Source: Felis catus (Eukaryota). From it: a stretch of DNA of 64,000 nt. The stretch is from positions 99,698,001-99,762,000 of the forward strand of contig NC_058368.1 of NCBI RefSeq assembly GCF_018350175.1, given 5' to 3'. The notes below the pieces were generated by a model. The model made no database searches. It was not told the origin of the DNA and saw nothing but the letters and a program-made list of their open reading frames with translations. Of the stretch, positions 13,709 through 27,114 are shown in pieces (position 1 is the stretch's first letter; the number at the start of each line of letters is the position of its first letter). Made by a program: the position numbers and the translations under genes.

Positions 13709-14780
13709 GGAGCTACAACACTGCAAATGATCAAAAGTTAGGGAAGTAACCTTATTGTATTTTGTTATCTAATCTGTTAATGAAGAAGTCAATGTATGTA
13801 ATGTTTTCAAGAGAGAGCACAGCTAGATACACTGGCTAATGAGTCATTTATGTGAACATGAAATTTGAGCTAAAAGGGTAGATAAAAATTATGGAAGACC
13901 CAAAATAGGAAGGAAAATTTCAGTGATTTATGGCTTTCAAATATGATTACATTGATTCATTTATTGAAAAAAATACATTTCCCTATACATTTTTCCCCAC
14001 ACATTTAAAAAAAAAATCAATGAATCTATCAATAGTTTGCCCCAGTTTACATTCTATTATATTCTTACTTTTTTATGTTGCAATATCCATGAAACAATGT
14101 TTTCTTTCCATTTCTATAATCTAATGAGCTATCTAGATGCAAAGTCATGCTTAGATTTATTGGCAAGTCACTTTACTACCAAAGAATAATGCTATCACTC
14201 ATCTATGCACACACAAGGATTACAATGCCCTGAAAAGTTGTTTTAAAAAGCAGAATTGAACAGTGAAGTCTTTGTTTCATACTGAAATGCCATGTGAAAA
14301 GTGCTCTCATCTATGTGGCTTCTTTAAAGGCTTGCTCAATCTTTGGAATCAAGCAGCAAGAATTTACCCCATGCCATTTCTGATGATCACTTCAGAAATG
14401 GCTTCAAATTATCACTAGAAGAAATGCCATCTATAGCACCTATGCAAGTGGAAGGATGGGAGTGGAAATACACATAGTCCCTTCCCCACCCACATTCTAG
14501 TGTGTACATCATTCACAAGCGACACTAATGTTTATGGAATGGGTTAGGGACAAAGGAAAAACAAGACAAATATTGCCCCGTTTTTACAGACTCTCAATTC
14601 AGTTATGCCCCTCAACTCCAAATCTCAAACACAAACTATTCCAAATCTTTTTTTCTTTTTTTCATGTGCCAACCCCCGTATCAGTCATGTTAGTAATAAA
14701 TTCTAGTCACCCCATTTTCCATAATACCAGCCCCCAATAATACTCTCTAGAAAAGTGATTTTTAAAATTCTGAACTTTGG

Positions 14781-15038
14781 GGGGCACCTGGGTGACTCAG
14801 TCAGCTGAGGATCTGACTCTTGAATTCAGCTCAGGTCATGGTCCCAGAGTCCTGGGATTGAGCCCTGCGTCAGGGTCTGCACTGAGTGTGGAGCCTGCTT
14901 GGGATTGTCTCTCACTCTTCCTCTTCTCCTCTTCCCCACTCGCACTCTCTCTCAAAATAAAATAAAATAAAATTAAATTAAATTAAATTAAATTAAATTA
15001 AATTAAAATAAAATAATAAAATAAAATAAAATATAAAA
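14781..15038 (+). mobile_element. Can-SINE with (AAAAT/AAATT)n expanded tail
   Basis: Head/body; pentanucleotide tail 14955-15035. Confidence 0.92.
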
Positions 15039-15267
15039 CTGTGATCTTTCTGGGGTTTTTTGCTTCTTTATGAATTCTTAGCTTTGGAAAACAAAGCTTT
15101 ATTTTGATAACTTTAGAAAACCTATTAACCATAAATGGAAACAAACCATTTACTTTTTCTTGCTCTGCTACAACGCATTTTATCTTTGGGAATATGTTTG
15201 GTAAAAGTCTATACGTAAAGATTCCTTTCCCCCTTTATACAAGGTAATGAGAAATTTGACTCCCTCA

Positions 15268-15466
15268 GGGGTGCCTGGGTGGCTCAGTTGGTTAAGCATC
15301 TGACTGTGGATTTTAGCTCAGGTCATGATCTCACCAGTCGTGAGGCTGTGGCTCTGTGGTAGGCATGGAACCTGATTAAGATTCTCTTTCCCTGTCCCTC
15401 TGCCTGTTCCCGGCCCATACGCGTACGCGCTCACTCTCTTGCTCTCTCTCAAAATTGAAAACAAAA
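15268..15466 (+). mobile_element. Can-SINE (older)
   Basis: Head ggggtgcctgggtggctcag; TSD ttgactccc. Confidence 0.9.
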
Positions 15467-16402
15467 TATTGACTCCCCCAGAAATGATTCATGTGATGAT
15501 TTTTAACATTTATATAATGGGGCAAATGCAAACATACACAAAAGAAGAAAAAATAAGGTAAGTAGAATATGCTTAATGGTATTTAGGATAATATTTTTAG
15601 GCAAATCCTATCATGGGTGAAAACAAATCCATATTCTGAGTAGACAACTGGGATTCATTAATTATGCAGACAAGTTTAACTACTAAGCTGCGTGGACAGC
15701 TACTATAGACTTTAAATATCTTGCGCTTCTTCTAACCTATACAGCATACTCTTAATGTCTGCCTTTCTTAAACCCAGTTTTAATCCTAATGTAATGCACA
15801 ATTGCATGAAACAATTTTAGGTAAAAATCATGTAAGAAGATGTTGCCTCTCCCATTTTCACAAAGCTACACTTGACCCAGATCATGTTTCAAACTCAATT
15901 GGATTTCAAGTAGGAGTTAAGCCACAGCTCACCAAACACTTCATCATATTATCTGATTGCATTTAAATTGCTTTTAGGTATTTAAGGAACAGATTCTTCG
16001 TAGGGACGGTGGAAATAACAACACTTTCCCACAACAACAGTCAAATTCCTTTGATCATCTGTTTTTAAAGTTAAATCCCTTTCATCCCTAGTGTGAATTT
16101 TTTTTTTTTTTAAGTCTGGTTTTCTGTTAAAGACTGGGCAGGAAGCTACATAATTCCACTTTATGCCCAGGCCAGGAATGAGAGTTGAATGCTAATCTCA
16201 GCTCCACCCCTAATATCTCTGTTTCAGTCAGTACACATGAATTTCAGGTACCAAAAATACTTTCATAGTCTCCCCCCTCTGGTCTTTTAAAATATTCTTT
16301 GCACAGTATGAAATCATAAACATTCAATATGTCTCACCCTCAGGAGTAGACGACTTGAATCAAACAAAGTAGCAAATGTCCTGGTAATATTCTTTAAAAA
16401 AA

Positions 16403-16613
16403 ATTTTTTTTAAGGTTTATTCATCTTTCAGAAAGAGAGAGACAGAGTGTGAGTGGTTAAGGGGCAGAGAGAGAGGAAGACCAGAATCTGAAACAAGCTC
16501 CAGGCTCTAAGCTGTCAGCACAGAACCCTATGTGGGACTCAAACCTACAAACCGTGAGATCATGACCTGAGCCGAAGTCGGACACGTAACCGACTGAGCC
16601 ACCCAGGCACCCC
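16403..16613 (-). mobile_element. Can-SINE
   Basis: Antisense body and tail. Confidence 0.93.
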
Positions 16614-17029
16614 AGTCTCCGAAATATCCTTACCCCTACCTCCCCAACAGTATAAGAGGTGCATATTCAACCATCCGCATGAAAGCTTTTATGGAAAGGC
16701 TGGGAGATATTTGTCTTTGTTTCTTCATTAAACAGCCTTTGGTCAATTGTGACACCACTGCCCTGAAGCACCATTTCTCAATGCATTCCATAACATATGA
16801 TATTGACACAAAGTGAATAGATTCTACAAGTAAAATAGTCAAAACGTGGTAAAAAAAATTGGGGACACACCAGGAAAGCTGAATTGAGTACAAGAAGATA
16901 GGTTTTCTTGCACAATTTCCCTAAGCTTTCCATATATTAATTTGAATGAGGAACCCCCAAGAATGAGAGTGTCCATGAATAGTTTCTCAAAGCAGGTGGA
17001 GGAGGAAGTACACGAACTGCAGAGAAAGA

Positions 17030-17215
17030 CAAACTTGGACACAGATTCAGGTTTATGCTGTTGTCACACTACAGGTTTAGGTAGTAAAAATCTCTCCAAG
17101 CCTCAGTTTCCTCACCCCCATATGAACACAGTGGATAGGACAGTCTCTGAAGAGAGACACGCTAATGCTCAGATCCCAGAACTGTCACTTAGTCGCTTGA
17201 GTACTTGCTATATCT
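17030..17215 (+). mobile_element. MIR fragment
   Basis: MIR core aatctctccaagcctcagtttcctcacc. Confidence 0.5.
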
Positions 17216-19008
17216 TCTTTGTACTTTGGAGATTCCCTTTAAAAAGTAAATATAATAACAATTATCTCTACTCCCAGATTCACTGTAAGGATTAAACTGC
17301 TTAGGAAAATGCCCAGTAGAATGGGTCCTCACTACATGTGAGTTTCTTCCTCCCCATTTCCTTCTGTCTCACACCCAGGAACTCAGGATCTCTCTGTTGC
17401 CACCAGGTTATCATGTTCTTTCCAGTTTTGCTTTTTGGTCCCATATTACATCACAACACGAACTTTTTATCTCCTCATTCAATTTGCATGTTGTTTCCTG
17501 AACTGGCCACCTTATCTTGTCCACATTTAGCATTGAGATCAACTGAACCGTGCCAGTATTTTATTGGCTCTGTACATTCATCCCCTCCAAAGTCCTATGC
17601 TGTTAAAGGAGACCTGAAGAGCACTGACATTGTGAGAAAATTCAGACACCACCCTAGCCAGCAGAGTAAATGGTACCCCCAGCAAACTACCAGCTCTGTT
17701 TCCTGAGGACAACCTTGCCCTTGGTCGCTGGTCTGATGTTGCGCTTTCCTCTGGGAGCAGGTTGACATGCATTTGCCAAGTGGTGTCAGAGAAAAACAGA
17801 ATGGAACCAGAATAAGGCACAGAATTAGTTTTGGTTCCACAACATCAGGCTTTAGCTCTTGCCTTTGTCAAAAAGAAAAGCTAAACCAAGTTTTTTCCTA
17901 GCCACAAAATCTAATCAATACCTACATACAGTGTATAAAGTGAAAATAAAGGATTCTTTTAATGAGAATATATTTACTTTTAGAAAGTAGCCAAATAAAC
18001 TATATTACAACTATTTTAAATCTGCTGAAGTCCAGCATCCCCATCATTTAATCTATTTCCTACCCTTATTATCAGTATATCCTTCCCACCTCAAACAGAC
18101 ATACCTCAGCTCTTAATATTCTTGAACTCCTGGTAACTTTTGACAGTTGGCTATTGATTGCTGCCTTGTGACATATTCTGCTCCTTTGGCAAGCATGCCA
18201 CGGAACTGTCCTAGTCTACTTTTATGCCAAGTCCTTCCTGTCTCTGTACAGCCACAGGCACTACCTAGCCTATTTCACCTATACCTCGGTGAACCTAGAT
18301 TCAATCACTACCAATACAGAGATTCCTTAATTCATCAAATATTGGTTCAATGCCTTTATATCTGATGGTCCACAATTGGCACAGGGAGAAGCCCTGAAAA
18401 AAATGGGCATAGTCCCTGAAATCATACAATGCGCGCGCACACACACACACACACACGCGCAATAAATTGTGGTAAATATCAGAAATAAATGAATACGATG
18501 TTGTGCCAAAAATAATTAGATTGGAATGAGATGTAGAGCTGGTTTAAACTGATTCGAGAGGCTAATGGAGAAAACTTGGATGACGGAAGGCCTAGGATGT
18601 CATACATCAAACATTATTAGCCATAGAACAAGTTTCAAAAGTTTCATATATATAAAATTATATGGAGCATGTTTTCTTACGATGGCGTAATTCGGCTACA
18701 AATCAATAGCAGTAAGTAATGGAAAAGAACCATATATTATTGACATGGAGTGCTGAGTTGTCTACTGCTGAATAGCCCATTAGTGAAAGAAGAAACCAAA
18801 ATGGAAATTGTGAAATATTTTGAACTGAATGACACTGAAAATATAGCATTGAAATTTGTGGTATATGGCTCAAGCTAGGCTTATGGAAATATACAGCATC
18901 GTCCCTGTTTGAAGAAGGCCTGTAGAAAATCCAAAATCTAACATACTTAAGTTATTGGGGAGTTAATTAAGCTTCCTAGATCTAAAGTCAATATAAATAA
19001 TAATTACA

Positions 19009-19240
19009 GGGGCGCCTGGGTGGCTCAGTCGGTTGGGCATCCGAATTCGGCTCAGGTCATGATCTCGCTGTTCGTGAGTTCGAGCCCCGCATCGGGCTCT
19101 GTGCTGACCGCTCGGAGCCTGCAGCCTGCTTTGGATTCTGTGTCCCACTCTCTCTCTGCCCCACCCCTGCTTGTGCTCTGTCTCTCTCTGTCTTTCAAAA
19201 ATGAATAAACATAATTTTTTTAAAAAATAATAATAATAAT
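19009..19240 (+). mobile_element. Can-SINE (CpG-rich, fairly young)
   Basis: Full body; TSD aataataattaca. Confidence 0.95.
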
Positions 19241-20215
19241 TACATTTCTCTCTGTCAGAACAAAATCTTAGGAAATAAAACTTTAAAACTAATACCATTT
19301 GTAATAATATCAAAAAATAAAATAATAAAAGATAGGTCTGACAAAAGATATGCAAAACCTTTTGCATCAGGAGAATGTAAAACTTTATTGAGTAAAATTA
19401 AAGACTATCTTAGTTAAAAAAAAAAGGAAAATATCATGTCTTGGACTGAAAATCTGCAAATCTTTCCAAATTGATGTACACATACAATGTGAACCCAGTG
19501 AAAACCTAAGCAGCATTTTTGTGGAAATGGGCAAGCCGATTCTAAAAACATAGGTCTACAAAGAGCCATAAATTGCCAGGAACAAAGTATGAATGCCTAA
19601 CACACCAAGAATTGTTATGAAACTATAGTAACTAGTGTGTTTATTGGTGCCAGGACAGACAAACAAGACAGTGGAACTAAGATCTTCCAGAACTAGAACC
19701 ACTTTGATTTTGACAAAATTGGCATTCTAGAGCAGTGAAGAAAACAGCAGTCTTTTCTATAAATGGTTTTTGGTAAATTACAAATGAATGAACTACATAA
19801 ATAAATAATGAAAAGTGAAATCCCTGCCTCACAACATACACAAATATCAAACCCAAGTGGATGCTATATATGCGAAAGGTTAAAAAATAAGAATTCTAGA
19901 GTAAAGATAAATTGACTTCATAGCATGGGATGATTCATTAAATAGGAAAAAATGATCTAACACAAAGAAAAATGTAAATAAATTAGAGTACATTAATATT
20001 ATAACTTCTATTTTAAAAAACCCACAAAACACAAAAAGAATAAAAAAGTAAGCCTAAACTGGGAGGTTATATTTACAATACATGTAACTGACAATGGATT
20101 TCATATTAGGAAAATAATAAAGATCTTTTATTAAATAAAAAAATCAATACTTAAAGTGGGCAAGAAATTTGAATCAGCACTGTATAAAAGAAGAGAGCCA
20201 AATGACCAATAAGCA

Positions 20216-20422
20216 TTTTAACATTTATTTATTTTTGAGAGACAGAGAGAGGCAGAGCATGAGCAAGGGAGGGGGAAAGAGAGATACAGAATCTGAAGCA
20301 GGCTCCAGGCTCTGAGCTGTTTGTTACCACAGAGCCTGACAAGGGGCTCGAACTTACGAACCACAAGACCATGACCTGAGCTGAAGACGGACGTACAACC
20401 GACTGAGCCACCCAGGCGCCCC
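20216..20422 (-). mobile_element. Can-SINE
   Basis: Antisense body; TSD accaa(t/c)aagcatttta. Confidence 0.95.
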
Positions 20423-21239
20423 ACCAACAAGCATTTTAAAAGTTGCTCAACATTCATATTGATCAAGGAAACACAAATTAAAACTTCAATAGCATGCCAC
20501 TGTGTAATCCACCAGCATGGTTAAAATGTAAATACACATACCTAACACTATTATATAATGGCAAAGGTATTTAACAACTGGAAGCTCGTCCACTCATAAT
20601 GGAATTATAAATATAAATGAGTGCAGTCACTTTAAAAAGTGTTGGGCAGGATACACTAACTTTGAACATGATACATCAATCCTCCTAGATTCATAACAGA
20701 CAGAAATAGATTTACATGACCCAGAAGCTAAGTACAATAATGTCCATAGCAGCAGCATCTATGATATCTCCAGACTAGAAATATGATCATGTTTATCAGC
20801 AGTTGAAAGGTTAAATAAGTGGGGCTATACTAGGGAATGCCACTACGTAATGGAATGCTATACAGAAATAAAATTAATGAACAACAGCCACCACAGCCAA
20901 TAGGCTAAATCTAACAAGAATATAAAACTTTCAGTGAAAAAATATCAGACAGAAAGATGCATACTGGATGATCCCATTTGTATAAAGTTTTAAAACTTTA
21001 GTGTTTCAGGTTAAAATGGTGGTTACCTTGGGGAGGGAAGTAAGGTTATGATGGAGAATAAGAAGTTTCTGATGTGCACCTGATATTTTAATTTTTTGAC
21101 GTGTGTGGAGTTCACTTGGAAGTAATTTATGGAGTTAAGATGTTTTGGTACATGCACTTCTGTGTCTACTTTTCATACTTCAGTAGCAAAAATATCTTAC
21201 CTAGAAATTCCGGTGTTGTCATGTCTTTCCACAACATAG

Positions 21240-21680
21240 AATCTTTCAATGGCTCCCCATGCCTTCGAGAATTCACAAGCACTTCAAATTGTCTTCTGGG
21301 TCTCCTTTGCCCCCCTTGCCATAGACATACCTTATCTTCAAACCACACAAAACAGTCTCTATTGTGATTTTGCTTTTGGTGTGCCATTTGGAATCTATGA
21401 CATGGTTTCCTGATCCATGTAACTAATTTGTCTCCCTCATTAAGGACTACTTCCTCTAGAAAACTGCCTATGAACCTCAAGTCTCCATTAAATTTATTTC
21501 CTTTGTATTAGATTAGGACCTTGCTATGTTTCAGTAAAAGCTCTTGCAACTGTTGTGATTACCAGCCTATGTGTCTATCTTTTCCTGGAAAGTGTGGGTC
21601 TTACTCCATTCAATGTTCTCAGTGCCAAGCACAATGGGTGGCATATACTAAGTTCTTGATAAAATACTGTTGAATTAAAT
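21240..21680 (+). mobile_element. L2 3' end
   Basis: tttcaatggctcccca; cagtgccaagcacaatg...aaatactgttgaattaaat terminal motif. Confidence 0.55.
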
Positions 21681-22911
21681 TGCCTGTCATTTGGTTGAAA
21701 AAGGTAGCTTTGGTTGTGAAAACCAAGAAAAGTCTTCTTGTTTACACATTTTTATTAATTGTACTGTACTTGGGTAGAAAGGGCTGCAAAGGGGAAGTTA
21801 AGTTTAATGAAAACACACGTAAGATTTACACTGTACAATCACTGAAAGTTAAGGCAACTTTTTTCCAGTTCACTCAGATCACCTTCTAGTCACTCTTTCC
21901 CTGGCTGGGTCTAAATGGTTTTTACTGAAATCAACTTTTTTGGGGGGAGAGGCATTAGAGAATATCTTATTATTCACCATGGGCAATATGGAATTTATGA
22001 ACCCAGAATGTTAATTAGTGTTATAGCTTTTCTGCACTTTTGCAGAGACTGAATCACAAATAAATATGAATCAGTTCTGCAGATTTCTTATCAAGGTCTT
22101 AATTTCTTAATTCTGGGGAGGACAGTTTTCACATGGCTATCTCTATGTAATAAACATTAAGGACTAGTTTAAAAAACGCTTATGTTCTATCTCTGTCAAA
22201 GTTTCCAAAATGCTACTTCCATATTTACAGAAAGGCAGATTAAGAAGAAAAACCAGTGACAACTCCTCTTACTACATGACACAGTATGCCCATAAGCCTA
22301 CAGAAATGACAATCCCATGGGTTTTACTGAGCCTATTAAAGAGCAACGATCCCCAACAGTTAGTTGTCTATGTCGCCCATTATAAGCATCTTTGATGAAA
22401 ACTTTTTCACAGAAGTCAAACATCTTTAAATGTCAAGCAAAGCCAAACGCATAAAGCCTTTCTCTCCAGACTCAAAATGTACTTTATTCTACAGTAACAT
22501 TCTGTAGCAGGTAAACAGATAAGGCATCTTTAGAAGAACTGGTTACTTGCCCTTTAAGCAATGTTTCTCTTCCCCAATATGGCATCGAGGACTCTTTGAT
22601 TTTGTGTAGAGGGAGCTCATACCAAACAGAGAAGCTCTGTCTAAAAGCTATAAGGCTGTCTCTCAGAACTTAATGACTGTTTGGAGAGGGAGGGGAAAGT
22701 AGCAGAGCGTCAGGATTACACAAATGCGAACCTAAATACTGCTGGAGACACAGAAGCGGAGTCTTACTCCTGCTTCATTGCACATATCGTCCTATTATAT
22801 TTCTTTCTACACACTGGCTTCGGCTGTGTGATAGAAAATATCTTTTTAAAGCTTCTTGGATTATTACAGATACAATTACTCAAATAAGTTGATTCTGTTT
22901 CTTTCTCTCTC

Positions 22912-22919
<8 letters not shown>

Positions 22920-22962
<43 letters not shown>

Positions 22963-23420
22963 TGATAATGCAAAGAACATATATAATATGTATGTAATAT
23001 ATATGTATGTATATGTACATATTCTGCATTTCTAAAGACATACATATAATGTTATAATTAAACTCAAATTAAAATAATTTTAAAATTATATTTAAATTTT
23101 TAATTTATTACAAGATTCAAATAATTAGATTTATATATGTATATATGTATATATGTGTATATACATATATATATTTAATATGATGGATCATTTGATATCT
23201 TTATCTGTAATGCTCATCAAGGCACATCTCTGAAAGTATACACGGGATTAATTTCAACTCAAAAAGCATACACCTTTGAGTACATATGTGTATACACACA
23301 CACATACTAATGTGATATACATTATATTATATATATATTGCTATATTGTATTATGCTATTTATATTGCACTATATATATATGACGATGTGATATACATTG
23401 GTGTATCACAGACACACTCA
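22920..23420. repeat. (GT)n microsatellite and TA-rich low-complexity tract
   Basis: Direct reading. Confidence 0.85.
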
Positions 23421-25757
23421 TATACACACCTACCATGAGAAAGAAAAGCTAATGTGCCTTGCTTGTGTCCAGTGTACCATTTTGGATCAAGCACTGATGA
23501 GATGACTAGTATGACTTAGTAAAAGCATAGCCTTGCAGGTCCCCTCCAACTTTGTCAGTCAACAGCATGTCATGCTACCAAAAGCCAAAATGAAAGATCT
23601 AAACAAAATGCCAGTAAATGCCAATTCTTTTCAGTCGAGGACAAAAACTTTGCGAAAAAAAAGAAAACTCTACATACTTAGCGATATTAGTGCTGACATT
23701 CAACAAAGATTAATCATTCAGAAGAATCATTCATTGTTTATAACACTATACTTTTTCATCCTGAAAATGGGACATTCTGTCCTCTATCATCTTACAGATG
23801 ATCTTTTGGTTGAGACCATATCAAGAAGATTTCCAATTTCAAACAATAGATTTTTTTATTGTCCCAAGAAGGAATTAAGTAGCAATTTTAACAGGAAGCT
23901 TATATCTTATAATCTGTAAGCTTCACATCCACTGATATCATATCCAACTTAATTCCAAAAAACTATTTTTTTCAGACATGTGACACTCAATTTCTATAAT
24001 ACAAGAAATATCAATAATTCAGAAGTTAGTTTCACACATTTTTGCATGTTTGCATGTACATTCATTACATTATCTAATTATAGAAAACTGCACTAAAATT
24101 CTTGCATTCTTTCAGTGGGAAGAAACTGAAAACATGGGAGCAGAGCAAGAGTCCAAAGAATTTAGAACTGCAACAGAAATAATAATAATAAAGCACTGAA
24201 AATAGATATCAACCCCCAAAATTTAATATTCAATAGTTAATTGGCCAAAACTATTAGACAAATTCACCCTATAATTTTAGCCCACAGGTTGACAAATCTT
24301 TTATATAAATATCTAATTTCACACTGTTTTTCTATGCTAACAGAATCAAATATTCAACAGTTTGAGCTCATGAATGGGATAATTTGAATATAGTCATAGA
24401 TTATTAAAGAAGGATATTTGGAATGCAGTAAGAGGACTTGAAAGGATCTAATGAGTAGGCTGGTATTTTTAACAACATCTATTGAACTTTATTAATAGAC
24501 ACGGAAGGGGAAGAGTCCAGGTAGGTAAAAATGTGAAATAACACAAGTTGTCTCACTTTGGGAAACTGAAGTTTTGAGTTTTTGTTACAGCAAACAATTT
24601 TACATATTGGACCTATTGAAAGGTCCAAGGATTTGGCAGTCCCTCAGTTAATGTTGTCTTTCAAAAAATTAATAATTTTGCAACATTCTCTTCTTATTTT
24701 ATATATGTATATAATAAAATATATTTGTATATAATAAACACATTATTAATTGAGGAGGGATACATATAAATATATAATAAATAACTATTATACATATTAT
24801 TTATATATATTTAACTTGATAGGTCATTTGATATCTATAATGCTTATGCAGACACATCTCTCATGGTATACTAGGGGACTTATTTATTTTAAAAGAATTT
24901 AAATAACAGATAGAAAATGATACATTACCATTATATTTTTTTCACATTTATGAAGTTAAAGAAATTTTTAGAAACACAGATGGATGGATGAATGGATAGG
25001 TGAGTGATCATAGGTTTTGCATTGTTCAAAAGTGTGTCTAGCTAACACAAGAAGAAGTAATTACTAAGATACACACTTTTAAGTATTAAAAAATTGGAAA
25101 TAGATAAATGAAGAATAACTTTATGTCAAACTAGATAATAAGTATTTGATACATAATCTCCCATACATAAAGCAGGGCTAATTAAGCTTTTTTTTTTTAA
25201 GTGACAACCCTCTTCTCCTTGATACTGTTTTTTTAAAATCTGTTTTCTGTTTCTTTGATTCCTCCTATGAGTGAGGAAATAAATTAACTATTGTATTTAA
25301 TTTCAACTAATTTAAGTCCAAACAGCCACACATGGTTATATTAATAGGTATGGTACTGGACAGTGCAAGACCAGATTATCTCTATTCTATCCCCAAACAA
25401 ACCATCTAAGCCTTGTGTAATATTCTGTCTAGAAAGGCACTACAGCATGCGGAGAAGTATGTTCAGACCTAGCTTCTTGCTCCCTCTCCAAAGTTCGATT
25501 TCTTCATTTATCTGTCATTTTCTTCTCTTGGCATTATTCCTTAATGTAAAACAATGAATTATATATACACACGTACAGCTGTTTAAATGAAAAGAGAAGT
25601 GATTTAAAACATGTGAACATGCTTCCTAAAATGGTATCTAACATTTGCATTTAGAGAACTAGCTAAGAGTTGGCATTTGCAAAGGATTTCCCAGGACGTT
25701 ACTCATATTAACTATTTGTGACTTACCTACTCTTTGCAACAAAGAGAAATTGTTCTT

Positions 25758-25796
<39 letters not shown>

Positions 25797-25895
25797 GAAA
25801 GAGGAAGAAAAGAAAAGAAAAGAAAAGAAAAGAAAAGAAAAGAAAAGAGAAGAGAAGAAAAGAAAAGAAAAGAAAAGAAAAGAGAAAAGAAAGGA
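25758..25895. repeat. (GAAA)n/(GAAAA)n pure-purine microsatellite
   Basis: Direct reading; source of the K/R/E-rich ORFs in the ORF track. Confidence 0.97.
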
Positions 25896-26181
25896 AATAC
25901 TGGTGTCAAGTCTGTGTCCTATGCTGTCATCTGTCAAAAGCAAACAATTTCCATACAGAACTAAATAGCAAAGTCTGTCTCCCAACCTGCCCAAGGTGAT
26001 ACCATCAGGTAGAATCAAATTCCATGATTCTTCTACTCACATGCTGCTTAGGCTAAAAGTAAGGTTCACAGGTTGCAGACACGAGTCAAAAGAAGAGGAA
26101 AATATTTAATTCTCTGCCCTCCAATCTACTTTTCTGCCATGGCACCTTCTTCCTTCTTGCCCTGCCCTCTTAGATAAAGGA

Positions 26182-26394
26182 TTTTTTTTAAGTTTATTTA
26201 TTTATTTATCCTGTGAGAGTCAGAGACAGTGAGAGCAGGGGAGGGGCAGAGAGAGAGAGAGAATCCCAAGCAGGCTCCATCCACACTGTCAGCATGGAGC
26301 CTAATGTGGGGCTCGAACTCATGAACCATGCGACCATAACCTGAGCTGAAACCAAGACTCAGACACTTAAATGACTGAGGCACTTAGGCGTCCC
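26182..26394 (-). mobile_element. Can-SINE
   Basis: Antisense body and tail. Confidence 0.92.
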
Positions 26395-26544
26395 TTGCCC
26401 TGCACATTCTTACTAAGGCCACAGAGTCACAGGAAAGTTTGTCCCAGGGTATAACAGAATTGCAGTGTTCACATGACATATGGGTGTGATGTATCTTATG
26501 GACAGTAATGCCTTCTCTAGTTCACCTGGTATTTGATATTTGGA

Positions 26545-26750
26545 AGGCAAGGTACAGCACTATCGTTAACTGCACAGGGTATGGAATTAGACAAGTGGCT
26601 TTAGGTGGCTTGGATATTTATTTAGTATCACCTCAGGCGAGTTATTTAAACTTTGAATGTCCAAATTACCCCACCTATAAAAATAGTGATATTAAGCTGC
26701 CTCAGGGGATGATTATTAGGAAAAATTAAATAATACACATGAATTGTTAC
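26545..26750 (+). mobile_element. MIR
   Basis: ggcgagttatttaaactttg...cctataaaaatagtgata...cctcaggggatgattattagg core. Confidence 0.6.
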
Positions 26751-26910
26751 CAGCTTCTACAAATGGAAGCACCTGCAATTTTTAAAAGGACAAAATTAAT
26801 TAAATAAAGGTGTAATTTAATAAGTGATCTTAAGAAGTGCTTATCATCCAGTTTTACTTTGCTACTTTACCCCTGTATTTAATTCTGCTCTCCGTTGACA
26901 CTGTAAGCCA

Positions 26911-27114
26911 TTTTTTAATGTTTATTAATTTTTGAGAGAGAGAGAGCACAAGCAGGGGAGGGGAGAGAGAGAGAGGGAGACACAGAATCTGAAGTAGGCT
27001 CCAGGCTCTGAGCTGTCAGCACGGAGCCCGACATGGGGCTCGAACTCACAAACCATGGGATCATGACCTGAACCAAAGTTGGACGCTTAACTGACTGAGC
27101 CACCCAGGAGCCCC
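26911..27114 (-). mobile_element. Can-SINE
   Basis: Antisense body and tail. Confidence 0.94.

Larger units (their letters stand above)
18680..21190 (+). mobile_element. Old L1M (L1MC/L1ME-like) ORF2 3' part and 3' UTR, with two SINE insertions
   Basis: aaatattttgaactgaatga, tattggtgccaggacagacaaa, aaagtgggcaagaaatttgaat, gttgctcaacattcatattgatcaaggaaacacaaattaaaac motifs; heavily decayed. Confidence 0.8.

Noticed and set aside
16636..16824. Minus-strand open frame between ttacttgtAG and gag|GTAGGG
   Set aside because: No partner exons or recognisable protein; insufficient support.
25659..26018. K/R/E-rich and F/S/L-rich ORFs
   Set aside because: Produced by the (GAAA)n microsatellite.
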